64,000 nucleotides of DNA from Octopus sinensis (Eukaryota), in NCBI RefSeq assembly GCF_006345805.1, contig NC_043001.1, positions 114,886,001 to 114,950,000 of the forward strand, given 5' to 3'. Shown piece after piece: positions 37,662 through 51,964 of the stretch. The notes under the pieces were generated by a model. That model was given only the letters and a program-made list of their open reading frames with translations, was not told the DNA's origin and searched no databases. A program made the position numbers and the translations under genes. The stretch's first letter is position 1. Every line of letters starts with the position of its first letter.

Positions 37662-38281
37662 TAGAATGTTGATAAAATCACACTCGAGTTGATATGTATA
37701 AGGGAAATAAGAAAAGTTAGAAAATGCTAATATAATTATCATGAAATACGCTGTGTAACGGTTAGCACCGGTTTCTGCCTTTTAGACTTTTCCAACTAAG
37801 AGTAAAACAAAGCTGGATATCAATAGAGAAGAAAAACGATTGCATTGAAGAAAAAATAAATGAAATGTTTTAGAAATATTTCTATAGTCTTCAAATAAGT
37901 AGGACGTTTTTTCTGTTTTGTGTCTCACTCACTTTCCGTTTGTGAAGGCTGGTGAGGTAGGCAGTCCCCGATCTGAAAAAATGTGTTAATGTTTGTAGAG
38001 ATATATTTGATTCTACGCACCTTACGGTCGTTCACAAATGAAAATGAGAGAGACAGAAAAAAGGAAAATATCTTATCTATTTGAAGACTATGGAAATATT
38101 TACAAAATATTTCATTCAAATTTTTCTTTAATTTAATTGTTTTTGCTCTCAGTTAATAGCCATCTTTATGTTTACTCTTAGTTGAAAAAGTCGAAAAGGC
38201 AGAACCCGGTACTAACCGTTACACAATGTATTTTTTGATAAAATTATTCTAGCATTTTCTAACTTGTTTTATTTTCCTTGT
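37662..38281. mobile_element. about 600-bp imperfect palindrome: inverted PLE-type terminal repeats (family U3A8)
   Basis: 37700-37945 is the reverse complement of about 38030-38280. Hammerhead-like motifs at 37762-37799 (-) and 38178-38215 (+). Flanked by microsatellites. Confidence 0.85.
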
Positions 38282-38497
38282 ATATATATATATATATATA
38301 TATATTATACGAAATAACATGTTGATCTAATGCAGCTTTCTTACGTTGGTGAGTGTTGCCTCCCTTTTCCGTTGAAATGGAATATGTGACTTTTGATGGC
38401 TAGGGCGTCTTGGCCTCCTATTTCTAGCAATGCCTGGTCTCTTATAGTGACGGTTAATAATGTGGTTTTTTTGTTTTAAATTGCGTCCAGCCACCTA

Positions 38498-38547
<50 letters not shown>

Positions 38548-38560
38548 ATTATTATTATTA

Positions 38561-38627
<67 letters not shown>

Positions 38628-38752
38628 ATATTATATATATACATATATATTGTATATATATACTAATGTTTATACAGTGGCTCTTATCAACGAATGAATC
38701 TCTCGAACTTTGCGTCTCTCTGGCGCTTCTGCTAAATATTAATAAAAATATA

Positions 38753-39946
38753 CGAAGGGTGTTCATTAAAGATTTCCACTGACGCACATCTGATCATTAC
38801 AAGAAACAGAACTTGTACATATAACTATACATCTCTCTACATGTCACATTGTAAGTTGCAGTTTTCCACTAGTATTCGTGTGTCTTTTACGGCTGCTGAA
38901 GTGGAATAGGTGTTATGATGAAGGCAACTGAATGCATATCAGTAATCAGGTTCTTATACTTGAAAGGTCGTACACCAAAAGAGACTTGCAATGACACGAA
39001 AGAAGTTTGGTGACGATGCTCTGTCATACGACGTGGTCAAGCACTGACATCACCATTTCACATGTGGTCTGCAATTGATGATGACACCATCCGTAAAGAG
39101 GAAGCTGCCATTTTGGAGGAATACCGCATAACTATTTGGCAACTAACTCAACAAGTGAAGATAAGTGTAGGGTCCGTGGAAACAAAATTATCTACGACAA
39201 TTTGCACATGCTGAAGTTGTCTGCATGAAAGACTCTCCAGAAGCTCACACCTTTTCAAAAGCAGAGACGAGTCAATTGCTCGCAGGCTCTTTTGGCGGTG
39301 TGGCAAAAAAAAAACCAGAGAACTTTTTCGGAAGACTTATCACAAAGGATAAAACACGTGCTACCACTATGATTCTGAGTCTAAAGTCCAGTCGAAGCAA
39401 TGGAAGCATGATAGCTCACCACCTCCAAAGAGTGCTCGTGTCCAACCATCAGCAGGCAAGGTGATGCTCACAGTCTTTTGGGACCAGCGCGGAGTGGTAG
39501 TAATAGATTTTCTGGCAAAGAGAACTACGATTAATAGGGCATGTTCTGCTTCTCTGTTGCAGAAATTTCGGGACACCATCAAAACGGGGCGGGATGGTGG
39601 TTATGCTGACCAAATGAATCCGCATCCTCCAAGACAACGCCCTTGTTCACAATGCGCATGTTGCCTAGACGAAAGCACAGTCCTGAGTTATGAAATCCTT
39701 CCTCATCCCCGTACTCTCCCGATGGCGCACCATCTGACTTTCACCTCTTTCCAATCATGGTGTCATTTTTGAATAGGAAGCACTTTTCTACAGACTTCTA
39801 CAGACGAGGTCTACACACCTGCATAAAGTGATGGGAGAAGTGTGACGCCATTGTTGGTGGCTATGTAGAGAAGGACAAATAATTACGCCAAGTTTCGTTT
39901 ATGCTTGTGAAGTACGTCAGGGGAAAACTTTAATGAACTCCCCTCA
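38753..39946 (+). mobile_element. mariner DNA transposon (irritans-like), both TIRs present, pseudogenised
   Basis: TIRs CGAAGGGTGTTCATTAAAGATTTCCACTGACG and its imperfect reverse complement, with TA flanks. Motifs VIRFLYLKG, YHYDSESKVQSKQW, SAGKVMLTVFWD, LQDNA, LPHPPYSPD.APSDFHLFP. Confidence 0.95.
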
Positions 39947-40100
39947 TACATATACTTCTATTCTGAGTTCTATTTTTCCTGTTTCCACCTAAATACGTTT
40001 ATATACACCCTCACACACCACACACACATATATATATATATATACATGCTACATACATATATACAATATATACACACATACTACAAACATATATATATAT

Positions 40101-40134
<34 letters not shown>

Positions 40135-40146
40135 TTATTTATATAA

Positions 40147-40224
<78 letters not shown>

Positions 40225-40947
40225 TTATATATATAAAACAAGGATTCAGATAGAATCTTGTAGTTGAAAAGATATGCACTAGGTAGGGTTGGATAAACCT
40301 GTGTTTAGCGCTTAGGTGCTGGTCCAAAGCACATGTTACGTTGATTGTGCGTTGTTGGTATACTCCAGGGTATTCGACGTTTCGTAAATCCCTATAGCGT
40401 ATTATAATCAAATGAATAACAGACGAGGTATCCGGCGTCGAATTTTCATTCATATGTGTGAGTGTGTGTGTATGTGTGTGTGGTGTGTGGTGTGTGTGTG
40501 TGTGGCGTGTGCACGCATATAAGTAGACACTTTCATAAAAATTAATATTTTTATGTATATGTTTGAATGTATATGTATAAACACAGACACACATACACTC
40601 ATATATTCACTAATAATGGTAGAGTGTTTTTATCAATTTGCTGGAAATATATTAACAGTAGTGTATTTTGGTTGTTTTTACACTTATCACTCGTCATTGA
40701 GCATGCCAGCAACAAGTGTTTCCTAAAACGCGTCTTTTTCTTTCTCTATCTGTTTGTATATCTGCCAGTCTGTCTGATTGTTTTCCCCCTTTCTGTCCAT
40801 GAATTTTCATACACATGGTCATTCGCAAATAATATAAATAAATTTTAGTCTACACTCAATGTTAAGATACACTCTCAATAAAGCTGCAGTCGTTTGTAAA
40901 GTTACTATAAAAAGAACACTGCTTAACCTATCATCGCTGCGTACACA

Positions 40948-40994
<47 letters not shown>

Positions 40995-42012
40995 ACACAC
41001 ACACTCGCTCACACGTGCTCCCTTTTTTCTCTCGAAGACAGTGATACTCTGAATTTAGACGGATCTGGCTGTTACTTCTAGCAGTTCGGGAAGAACAAGG
41101 TTCTTAGAAGCCCATCGTTTGTTCATTTATAATAGGTTGACTTTAATAATATACGTTATAAACTGCATCAGAAATGTAGGCAAAGGTTGTATTGATATAT
41201 CATACTTATAATAAATTTAGAAACTATTTGAAATACTGTATGGGTGTACTTTTCTTTAAAGTCGGAAAATGTCAATTTTCCTTCGATTTCTCTTCAGGCA
41301 TGACCTATTTAATCCGATTTTTATCGTCGTTACTCTGGAGAAATTTCAAACTAATAAAATCACGTATCGAATTAAAAAAGTTTGTTTGTATATTTATACA
41401 TGCATACATACATACATAAGCAAACTTGTATGTACACTCACACGTACTATTTATATTATTGGTTTGTTGTCCATAAGTCGGCAGAAAAGCGCATTAAAAG
41501 ATGAATTTGAGCGGTTAGACTTATATATTGTCGTGTAACATATTCCAGTTTATGATATATAACCAGTCAGAATGTTTCTATTGGTTTCGCCTCTACTATA
41601 ACACTTGACTATATTGACGATTCTTCAGACGCTTACCAGAAGTACATAACTCCTTTAATACTGTAGGTGATTATATATTACTTGTTTGAATGGTGATGGT
41701 AAAAGCAGGAACGAAACAATAACACATTTCCGGGAGGGAACGTAGTGTTGCCCCACCAACACCCCACCAGCGTAGGATATCAACTGCGACCGAAGACAGC
41801 CAATTTCCCCTGCATATATGTTTTCATTTCTTTAGTACAACAAAGAGAAACTCAACATTGCTTAACTGAACTTCCTGTCAAGATGGCAGCCTTTAAAAAT
41901 TTCGTCTTCAGGAAGGTACCCGCATCGTTCCATTTTTTAAAATTATTCTCTTACTGCCAAACTTCTAATTTCAAATCTTGCTTTCGTCGGAACTGACAGA
42001 TAGATAGATAGT

Positions 42013-42103
<91 letters not shown>

Positions 42104-42174
42104 ATACGTACATCTATACATATATAAATACATACATACACACATACATACATAGGTAAATAGATAGATAGATA

Positions 42175-42208
<34 letters not shown>

Positions 42209-42639
42209 AACAGATGCATAGCTAGTAAAATAGGTATATATACATATATACAGACACATACATATATACATACATGCATAAATACGTAAGCATTTTCAAC
42301 GTTTATAAATACAGACGCCCTTAGTTTAATATCCGAACACAATATTTTTGAAATTTATTTCCGCAGTGAAATTCTACCCCTAAAAGTGGTTGATTTTCAA
42401 ATTGTTTTGTTCTTAGTATTCGTGTTTGTATCCGCCATGAAATTATAATTTTGCACTTTTAGGCAATTCCTTCTGATGATAAGAATACGCGTTTTTTTTT
42501 TCATACAAGGCTTTTTCACAGAAACTTGGATATGTTCAAAGAGATAATTATATGTATATTATTTTCATATATAAGTATGGATTCATTCTGAGTATTTTTG
42601 AGTTTTGTGCATATATATATATAATATATATATATATAT

Positions 42640-42755
<116 letters not shown>

Positions 42756-43480
42756 TGATAGATAGATAGGTAGATAGATAGATAGATAGATTGATAGATA
42801 GATAGCTAGCTAGCTAGATAGATAGATAGAGGAACGAATAGAAAGACAAAAGAGAAATAGATAAGTGTATTTCTGACGGAAACAGAAATAAATAACTAAA
42901 TACATTTTCGTTTCTGCGTATACTCGCTGTTTGGTGTAGTGAAGTTCGGGGTCAGGTATTTGATTGTTTCTTTGCTGTGTATGTGATAAGTCGAGTTGAA
43001 AGCACGCAGCATGACAACGTTCAAATATACTTAGTCTGGATGAGAGCAAAATGCTCTGTAAGGAATAAGATAGAAAAAAATGCGATATCCATGACTGTAC
43101 GTGCGTGATCTGGCGTGACATACATACACTTAGGTTTGGAAAAAAGACAAAAAGACGCATTTTCTCGACATTCATATATCTACATACATGAGTATACATA
43201 TATGTATATATATATACTTATATGTATGTATGCATAAATGTACTATGAAGCACATCATCCCCCTCTTCCCCATCACTATCATCAGCGTCGTCTTCGTTTT
43301 AAATTGGATGTTCGTGGTGAAAAGCTTTCCTTTCGCCTGTCTAATATAACTTTTTATTGCCGTTTTTAATGTTTTCTCTACTTTCCATCGGTTTCTTTTC
43401 TTTCTTGCATTTTTTTTTCCTATGTAATGTAAGTTCTGTTTAAGTTGTCATACAGAAAACCTGATTTTAATCTCTATCTG

Positions 43481-43511
<31 letters not shown>

Positions 43512-44001
43512 TTTTTGTTCCATTTGTTTTCCAGGAAATGTCAAAAAGGAATGATATATTACAAGAGTTGATGTGTACTCCATCTGTTGGTGTTATTGAA
43601 TAACGCAATTTCAATACAAATAAGACAAATTTGAGGGACTTATACGGTGGACAGATATATAGTTTGAAATATATGTATATATACTTACTTACATACACTG
43701 TGTCATGTGTCTATGTACGCACACATATATATGTATACATATTTAACATATTTATGTGTGTGTACGTACATATACATACTCATACGTATGCATTCATATT
43801 ATGCATACACACGTACACACACACACACTTTATATTAGTTATCTTGGACAAGGAAAAATGCAAAGTACATCAAGGATCTCAATAGTAATATTTGATTTTA
43901 GTATAAATTAATAGAAAGAATGAAATATATGCTTGTGTGGGGCATTTCTGTTTTGTTTTTTATTGTGGCTTCGATGTTTCCGAAAAAAATATTTGTAAGT
44001 A

Positions 44002-44530
44002 TCTATACATAAAAATTTGACACAGGCGATTCTTTTTTGTCTTGGTATTCACGGTGAAACGACTCGGTGGAATTGCACGAAAAATTACACAAACGTGTAA
44101 GAATGATCCGGTGGTTATGGATGGCTTTGTATTTTTTCATAGCTCCCATGGTTACCGAGATAATCTATTATAATAATACTCTTGTGTTTATGAATGAGAA
44201 AGGAAGGAATGATTGATGGATACGGAAGGAAGAAGTGATGTCATATTTTTTCATAGCTCCCATGGTTACCGAGATAATCTACTATAATAAAACTCTTGTC
44301 TTTATGAGTAAGGAAGGGGTGATAGATGAATAGGGAAGGAAGGGCTGATGTCATACATGGTAGTGGGGGGATAAAAATTGTACGCTGAAAAAATAAATCA
44401 AACAACGTTTCAACTCTGTGTGAATAAAAGTTGTGTGTATGTGTAAAAGGGGGTATGTGAATGTGTGTGTGTGTGTTTGTGTTTGTGTATGTGTGTGTGT
44501 GTGTGTGTGTGTATGTGCGTGTGTGCGTAT
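44002..44530 (+). mobile_element. Helitron-like non-autonomous element, 5' part, with 114-bp internal tandem duplication
   Basis: Starts A|TCTATACATAAAA and is colinear with the reverse complement of 58560-58895. TATTTTTTCATAGCTCCCATGGTTACCGAGATAATCTA occurs at 44130 and 44244. Confidence 0.7.
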
Positions 44531-44819
44531 TTTGTTGTTAGGACGTTTTTACCTTATTTGAAGATATTTGTTATGCTGAATCCAAAAATGGAATTTATAT
44601 TTACTATGACGTCTAGATTTCAAGGTACGCCGCCCCCTAATCATCAGTAGGTGATGAATATTGTGGCAATAAAGTGGATACATCAATTATCTATGCTTTT
44701 TATGTATGCAGGACAACAGCATCAGGGTAAAATATTGGGTGGTCAAAGAATGGCTGCAGCGAACGAAAAATCAGCCCGCATCCACTCTACATATTGTGGA
44801 GTAGTCTGTTAAAATTAGG

Positions 44820-45960
44820 AGGCGGTGGTGTCTCAAAAAATTAACCCTAAACAGACCGATCCGCCCCCTAATACCAACGTCCAAGCTCGTCATGCTTCAA
44901 TGATAACAAAGCCAAATACAAACAGGATCCGCCATTACACAGGTCACCTAGGGCCGCGTACGCGAGTGAGCAACCAGGCTAGGTACGAAAAATCATCTAC
45001 AGGTTCAAATCTTCCCGAAGCACGGAAGCTGGTTGTATCCCACAGCCGAAATATTCCAACAGATGGCCATCCATGCTCGTCATCAAATAACCAAAAGGGA
45101 AAGAATGAAAAATGGCCTATTGGAGATAAGAAAGAAGTCCTTAAGGCCTTCTATCATGTCAGGTATTTCCCCCCAAATAAGTCTAATACTGTACAAACCT
45201 ACTTAAAATGGAGACGGAAACACCTTGAAGTAAAACCCTACATAGACAGTAAGAAACTTGCCAACGTCAGAAGATTAGGAAAATGAAATTACTAACTGAA
45301 TTACAGATTGACCAATTTAAACAATCAGTAAGGGATAAAAGGAACGAAACTGCAGCTAAAGATGGTACTAGAGAGGAAATAATTATAGACCAGTCCAGGC
45401 CTGATGAAAATGCAGTAATGATTGAAAGAGTTAATGTAACTGATAAGCAAAGTGAAATACGCTCTGAACTAACCATAAACATTAGGGTTGATGAAAATCA
45501 AATAGATGAAGAAAGTCACACAGAAATGGACCCACAGAACTGAACTACATGTTCTATAAATTTCAAATCGTAATTGAATGGCTGAAAATTAAAGAAACCA
45601 GTATGAGTGAACGTAGCACCATCCCCGAAATTCGCAATTCTAACCAAAAGCTGAAAGTAATTGGTAAAATCCGCCTTGCACTTAAGGATATAATTTCAGC
45701 TTTTGGTGTTGATATTACAGACCTCAGCCATCTGTACTATGCATCGCTGAAACTCTAAACGATTCTATGTGGTGAAAAGATTAGAAAATAACAACATTCC
45801 CACAAAAAGCCTACTTGGTAAGACCGTATTCAACACCAAATTCAGCTACTTAGGTCTGACATAGAATGTTAAAAAATCCGTAAGTTTGACAAGACCATCA
45901 AACCAACAAAAATCTGAAAACCGAGAAAAAAAAATGAAAAGACGGAACTGATTACATTGA
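44820..45960 (+). mobile_element. R4/Dong-like LINE N-terminal region, decayed
   Basis: KWPIGDKKEVLKAFY...WRRKH....IDSKKLANVRR, KLLTELQIDQFK, and KPTW*DRIQHQIQLLRSDI resemble the N-terminal region of R4-clade ORFs. Confidence 0.7.
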
Positions 45961-46735
45961 GAGCTTAGAGTGCAGACGATGGAAAGTCTTCATGGTCTCA
46001 TTTCCTGGAATTTGTACAAGTTTTATGAGAGACGGACCCTAGCTAGGTCGGATACTAATTAATGGCTTCAACCTTGATGGTTTGGAGTACCCACGTTGAT
46101 CCAACATTTGTAATCTATACATAGGAAGTGGCTACATTGAATAAGTATTTAAGTAAAGTATTAATTATATAGTGCAATGTAAAGCGTATGTAAATCGAGC
46201 AGATAATATTCTATCTTTTCTCCCAGAAACACTGCTTATGGAAGTATCATATTACAGGAGAGCATTTGTGGAGTGCTAATTCAAATCTGACAGAGATAGG
46301 TTTGATAAAGTATCGGAAAAAAGAACGGTTGTTCGAGGGGTGGAGGTTATTTACAGGGTCTACAACGAAACGAGGTATCTTTTCATCAGAGACGTTTCTT
46401 GTTACGCGGTATGCGTAAATATCACCCACTTCTAAGAGGAAAGGGTTTTATCTCATGCTCTGCAACCGTCTTTCTTCGCCAGTAATACTATATTGGAGCT
46501 ACCTGCGAAGTATTTGATCGACTGCCACTGACTTGCTATGGTTGAGGGAGAGACGTTACGTGTGTTTGTGCGTGCCTTGATTTATTGATGTATGTGCCTT
46601 TCTGTATTTGTGTTTGTGTGGGAAATGTACCACAGCCGACGATATAATTGTCTATAAGTGATTTACTTGATGAAAATATTTATTAGATTATAAGAATGCA
46701 CATGGCCAAGGCCACACGCAGTCAGACACACACAG

Positions 46736-46791
<56 letters not shown>

Positions 46792-46800
46792 GAGAGAGAG

Positions 46801-46857
<57 letters not shown>

Positions 46858-46899
46858 TAGAAAGATAGATAGTTTAACACAGTAACTTGTAGTGGCAAG

Positions 46900-47047
46900 T
46901 AATGTTTGCCGCCACTTCTGCATGACTGTTCCGATCGAACATCATTAACTAGCAAGAGGAAATATCCTTTGAGTGGGGTGGGGTGGGGGTTTAAAAAATC
47001 ACAGTAACGTCTGTTTCAACGGAACAGTCATGTGGCAACAAACATTA
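46900..47047. repeat. short imperfect inverted repeat (MITE-like)
   Basis: TAATGTTTGCCGCCAC..CATGACTGTTCCG is mirrored by CGGAACAGTCATGTGGCAACAAACATTA. Confidence 0.65.
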
Positions 47048-47049
47048 AT

Positions 47050-47107
<58 letters not shown>

Positions 47108-47238
47108 GCACACATACACTTGTACACACACACACACGCTTACTCACACACACACAAGCACACATATAAGTCTCTGTGTTTCTCTCTCATCCTATCTCTC
47201 CCTATACAAATATATATGTATGTGTGTATATATGTATG

Positions 47239-47272
<34 letters not shown>

Positions 47273-47313
47273 TGTATGTGTATGTATGAATGTAAAGTAC
47301 ATGTGTGAATATT

Positions 47314-47502
47314 CCGTATTTTAACGGCTTATGACATGCACTAGCCTATAGAATGCACCTTAGTTTTGACAAGCTTTTCTTGCAGCACCACTTGTCAGTA
47401 ATCTAAACCCTGACCTTGTGTTTATAAGGCGCCGGCTGATTTTGAGGTCATTTCTCTGGAAAAAATCTGGAAAGAATGAGTTTTTGTAGCCGTCAAACCA
47501 CA
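47314..47502. mobile_element. decayed Tc2-type MITE
   Basis: CCGTATTTTAACGGCTTAT on the left, TGTAGCCGTCAAACCAC on the right, internal TATAAGGCGC motif. Confidence 0.45.
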
Positions 47503-48515
47503 ACCAATGTATTTGTGTGTATATTGTATAGTTTATGTATATATTTATGTATGTATGTATGTATGTATGTATGTATGTATGTATGTATGTATGTATGTAT
47601 GTATGTATGCATGTATGTGTATGTGTGTGTGTACTAATATATTTCGGGAGATTCACTCTTTTGTTGGTTGAGGCGGAAGGGGAGCAGGAAGAGAAATGTA
47701 TGTGTGCACTTAAGAAATGTCATTATTTTGCGTGTACTGGTTGATATGTGACCTTCAGTTTCCATTTTATTTTCGCAGAGAATTTGAGTTTGAACTAAGT
47801 CCACCAAAAGTAATATGAAAAAAAAACAGAAATTATTTTCGTCACGGATACATTCTTTTATGCTATTTCTGAAACTCTGGCTTTCAATTTCAATCCTTGT
47901 TGTACAAGACAAATTGCTGTCCAAGAAGGATTCGTTAAAACACTACATCAAATTTATATATTTATGCTCGCGTAACCTTAATACACACACCAAATAACGT
48001 CAATGCAACAGAAAAGAAAATGGCGTTTTTAATCAAGGTCACGTGTCGCCACGACGGTCACTTGATTATTTAGTTTCTGATTCTGCTTTCTCATGAGTTA
48101 CATATATAAATAGATATGGCTAATTTAATTACAAAAAATATTTTAATACATCTACTTTTAATGATAAAGCAAAAGTATTTTAAATTAATAGAACATTTTG
48201 ATAAGATATTTCATGAGAAAAATATGAAATTAATTTCTTTTTCCAATAGAAAACTAATTAATAAAAAATCTCCATATAATGATCTAATTTGGGAAAAATG
48301 GAACTAACCTTAGTCAGTGTTGGAAACAGCTTTTCCTCGAGTAAATGACATTTTAAAAGCTTTAACTAATTCCCGGTCGAAATATGTCAGCGGCTTATAA
48401 GAGCACCAAGACACACGAACATTCGTTCGCAGGAACACACACACACACACATATATATACATACATACATACATACTACATACATACATACATACATATA
48501 TATATATATATTATA

Positions 48516-48562
<47 letters not shown>

Positions 48563-48803
48563 CGCGTCTTGCGTCTATATATCTGAATATTTCTATAATA
48601 AAGTACAATGCTGATAACATTTCTGAGGTGTCATTAAATAATCATTAATTATAAAATACCTCTCACAGGTCACGGATTAATTAGAGAATGGTGCAATATT
48701 TTATTAATAATAGTTTTAATAACTGCAAGTATAGTCTTACTGGCAGTATAATAACATATACATGGAAATTTTGTGCATCGCTATATTAAGAAAAAATTCC
48801 TTC

Positions 48804-48915
48804 TCAAGGCCAGGAATTTGGTGCGTAGGAGTTAGTAGATTGCATCGACCCTAGTACTCGTCTATTACTTTCGTTATCAGTTCCAAACAGTGGAAGGTAA
48901 AATCGGAGGTTTGCC
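48804..48915 (-). mobile_element. SINE family A 3' fragment, decayed
   Basis: AAGGCCAGGAATTTGG..AGTAGATTGCATCGACCCTAGTACT resembles the 31503-31570 region. Confidence 0.45.
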
Positions 48916-49393
48916 TCAAAACCAGCTAAAGGTATGAGTGTGGAACTGAGCTTCTGGCTAAACCATGGTAACAAACGATATAATATAATAAATAAACACA
49001 TTTCGTATGTAATTCCTTGGAACTATTAATAAAAGATTGACTCAACATGGTATGTGTGTATATAAATATATATATGTGTGTGTGTGTGTGTGTATACACA
49101 CACATAGTTTCGTTCGTATAGTGTGTATTTAAATATAAACATGTACAGTTGTGTTGATGTGCTTGTCTATGTATTCTGTGCACACAAACACACACACATA
49201 ACGTATGTTTACGAGCGTTTGTGCTTCTAAGTATGTGCAGCCAAGTGTATAATTATACACCTGTGCTGGTGCAGATGTGTATTTGTTTATTTATGTGTAT
49301 ATATCTATATATGTATACGTGAGCGTATGTGTTTGTGTTTCCCTTTTTGCTAGTTGTGTATGCGTGTACATATGTATGTGTTTCGTTCAAAAT

Positions 49394-49570
49394 GGGGAAT
49401 TAGCACAGTTGGTTGAGAGTCGGATAAATCCACTTATGCATTTATCCAATCACTTTACGTGCTGAGTTCAAATTCCGTTGTTGTCAATAGTGCTTTTCAA
49501 TCTTCCGAGCTCAATAAATATACAACTCCAAGACAGTGGATTGTTGCAATATGTTCCGGCTCATTGCGTT
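49394..49570 (+). mobile_element. SINE family A, decayed
   Basis: TTTACGTGCTGAGTTCAAATTCCG B-box and a decayed central domain. Confidence 0.6.
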
Positions 49571-50407
49571 CTAAGAGCAAATTCCGACTTGGCGATGATG
49601 TATCTCGTCACGATGAACACCATCCGACTGCTGAATAACATACGCAGGGAGACCTACAGCCAACGTATATAAAAGGGCAGCGATGTAATGAGGATTCATC
49701 CATGAATGGTAGGACTGGAATGAAATGATTATCTTTACATATATAACTGTGTACATATGTGTATACTCATGTGTTCATATGTGTATACTCATGTGTATGT
49801 ATGTGTTCGGAGATGTAATATGCACGCTGGAGATGTATTTATGTATGTTTATGTAAGTATGTATGTATGTATAACATGCATGGGGAATGCAAGAAGATAT
49901 GCATGTATGGAAGAGTACATGCAGTTTTGTATGATGTGTTTGTCTGTGCACATATTTACACGCACAAACACACACATACTATGCACATACGTATTGCACC
50001 TGCCAGCTGGGCAGTAGAATGTAAATCATGTGGAAAGACAAAGTCATTGACTGACGGTTAGATTCAAACACAGGAGGGAAGGAGTGAGAGAAAATACAGG
50101 AGAGGAAAGGAAATATAGAAGGGCTCTCATTCACGTAATATCACTTTGTACCTGAATATCTGAATAGTGTGTTCTATAATTTCGATTTATTTATGTGTTT
50201 GTAAAGACTGAAGATAACAAAGACTTTCACCATGAAAGAACTATTTTAGCGATTTAAGATCATACAAAGATGTTTTATTCACAGGAGAAAGGAGAAAGCA
50301 AGCAAAGCAATGGAATTACAATCAAGGGAAGTCAATAAAACCTTGTGCGAAAGGCAGAACGGAATCGAGAAGAAGCGAGCGGTCTTACAGCGAGAAGGAA
50401 ATGTGGA

Positions 50408-50788
50408 AGCACTCCGTCGGTTACGACGATGAGGGTTCCGGTTGATCCGAATCAACGGAACAGCCTGCTCGTGAAATTAACGTGTAAGTGGCTGAGCACT
50501 CCACAGACACGTGCACCCTTAACGTAGTTTTCGGGGATATTCAGCGTGACACAGAAAGTGACAAGGCCGGCCCTTTGAAATACAGGTACAACAGAAACAG
50601 GAAGTTAGAGTGGAGTGAGAGAAAGTTGAGGCGAAAGAGTACAACAGGGTCGCCCCCCCCCTGCCGGAGCCTCGTGGAGCTTTAGGTGTTTTCGCTCAAT
50701 AAACACACACAACGCCCGGTCTGGGAATCGAAACCGCGATCTTCTGACCGCGAGTCCGCTGCCCTAACCACTGGGCCATTGCGCCTCC
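50408..50788 (-). mobile_element. SINE family B, full length
   Basis: Matches the other two copies. TSD ACAGCG(A/T)GAAGGAAAT at 50387-50402 / 50789-50804. Confidence 0.94.
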
Positions 50789-51289
50789 ACAGCGTGAAGG
50801 AAATAGAGGAGAGAGAACGGGAAACAAAAGAATAGAGGCAGAAAGCTAGAGAATGTGAGTGTGAAAGAGTCAGAAGACGGCATGACTATGGCTAATGGAT
50901 GTTAAGTGATAGGCATGAATATAGAGCAAACAATTTCGCGCTGTTACTATCATACCGAATTAAAAATTAAGCACAGACAATAGATAACATAGACAGGACA
51001 AGATATACACAATGCAACTAGCATTTTCATCCATCTCTTCGCTAACGGTCTAACAATTCGGCATATTATATCTGCGTACGATTGTATACGTACACACACT
51101 AGCGTGTATGCGCACGCTCGTGTGTGTGTGTGAAGGGAGAGAGGAGACAGATAGAGACAAACAGACAAACAGACAGAGACTGACAAGGGAGAGAAAGAGA
51201 AAGAGACCGACGGTTTCACAGTGTCAAACACAGATCTAGATACAGTATATCTATGAGTTTATATAAGTCAATGTCAGTATAGATGTGTA

Positions 51290-51955
51290 CAGTGATCCCT
51301 CGTTGATTGCGGTAGATTGATTCCGAAACCAGCCGCGATAACTGAATTTCCGCGAAGTAGGGACACCATATTTACAGTATTTATTTAACGTGTATTTGGC
51401 TTTTAAATCCTCCCTGTACTGTTAAAAACCCACCCATTAAAGTAGTCTATTAATAACAAAGACAACTGTTAAGCAATAACACTTTAGATTAAAAATGATA
51501 AAGATTGTTACTATACTGAAATTTGAATGATGATTGTGATGAATTTGCTGCGCAGTAGAAATGATGATGATGAAGCTGACGGCGGTGCCCTTTCCTGGGA
51601 CACCACTTCTACTTCTTCCGAAGGTGCAACCGTAGTAGTAACAGCAAGAACTGGCTCTTTTTGCGAGGTGGCAAAAACATTGTGATGAGAGGTTGCTGCT
51701 GCTGCTTTTTTTCCGTTCAAAGAACACCTTGTAGGGATTCATGACTCTCTCCATTGCACCTCGGGATTCGTCGTCTCTCTCCATTGCTCCAATCACAGAC
51801 CGTCTTAAGTTCAAATACTCCTGTACATGCTTTTTTGCTATTTTACGCTTGTTTTGTTGTTCCTAGACTAGGAAATAATATTTATCATTAATATTTTAAT
51901 GGACTTAATGAGAAACTTTTAGGTGTTCATAAATATATATTTTTAAAATCCACGA
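51290..51955 (-). mobile_element. Tigger/pogo-type element remnant
   Basis: TA-CAGTGATCCCTCGTTGATTGCGG terminus. Minus strand MNPYKVF and KKQQQQPLITMFLPPRKK resemble Tigger transposase C-termini. Confidence 0.7.
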
Positions 51956-51964
51956 AACTCGGAA

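Noticed and set aside
40371-40418. Minus-strand CGAAACGUC with possible stem I UAUUC/GAAUA
   Set aside because: Core and stem II are too degenerate to count as a confident hammerhead.
46247-46500. Minus-strand non-repetitive ORF containing a CUGAUGA
   Set aside because: No recognisable domain, and no stem II plus GAAA after the CUGAUGA; possibly an old LINE ORF1 piece.
49667-49678. TATA-box-like TATATAAAAGG
   Set aside because: Expected by chance in AT-rich DNA; no associated gene evidence.
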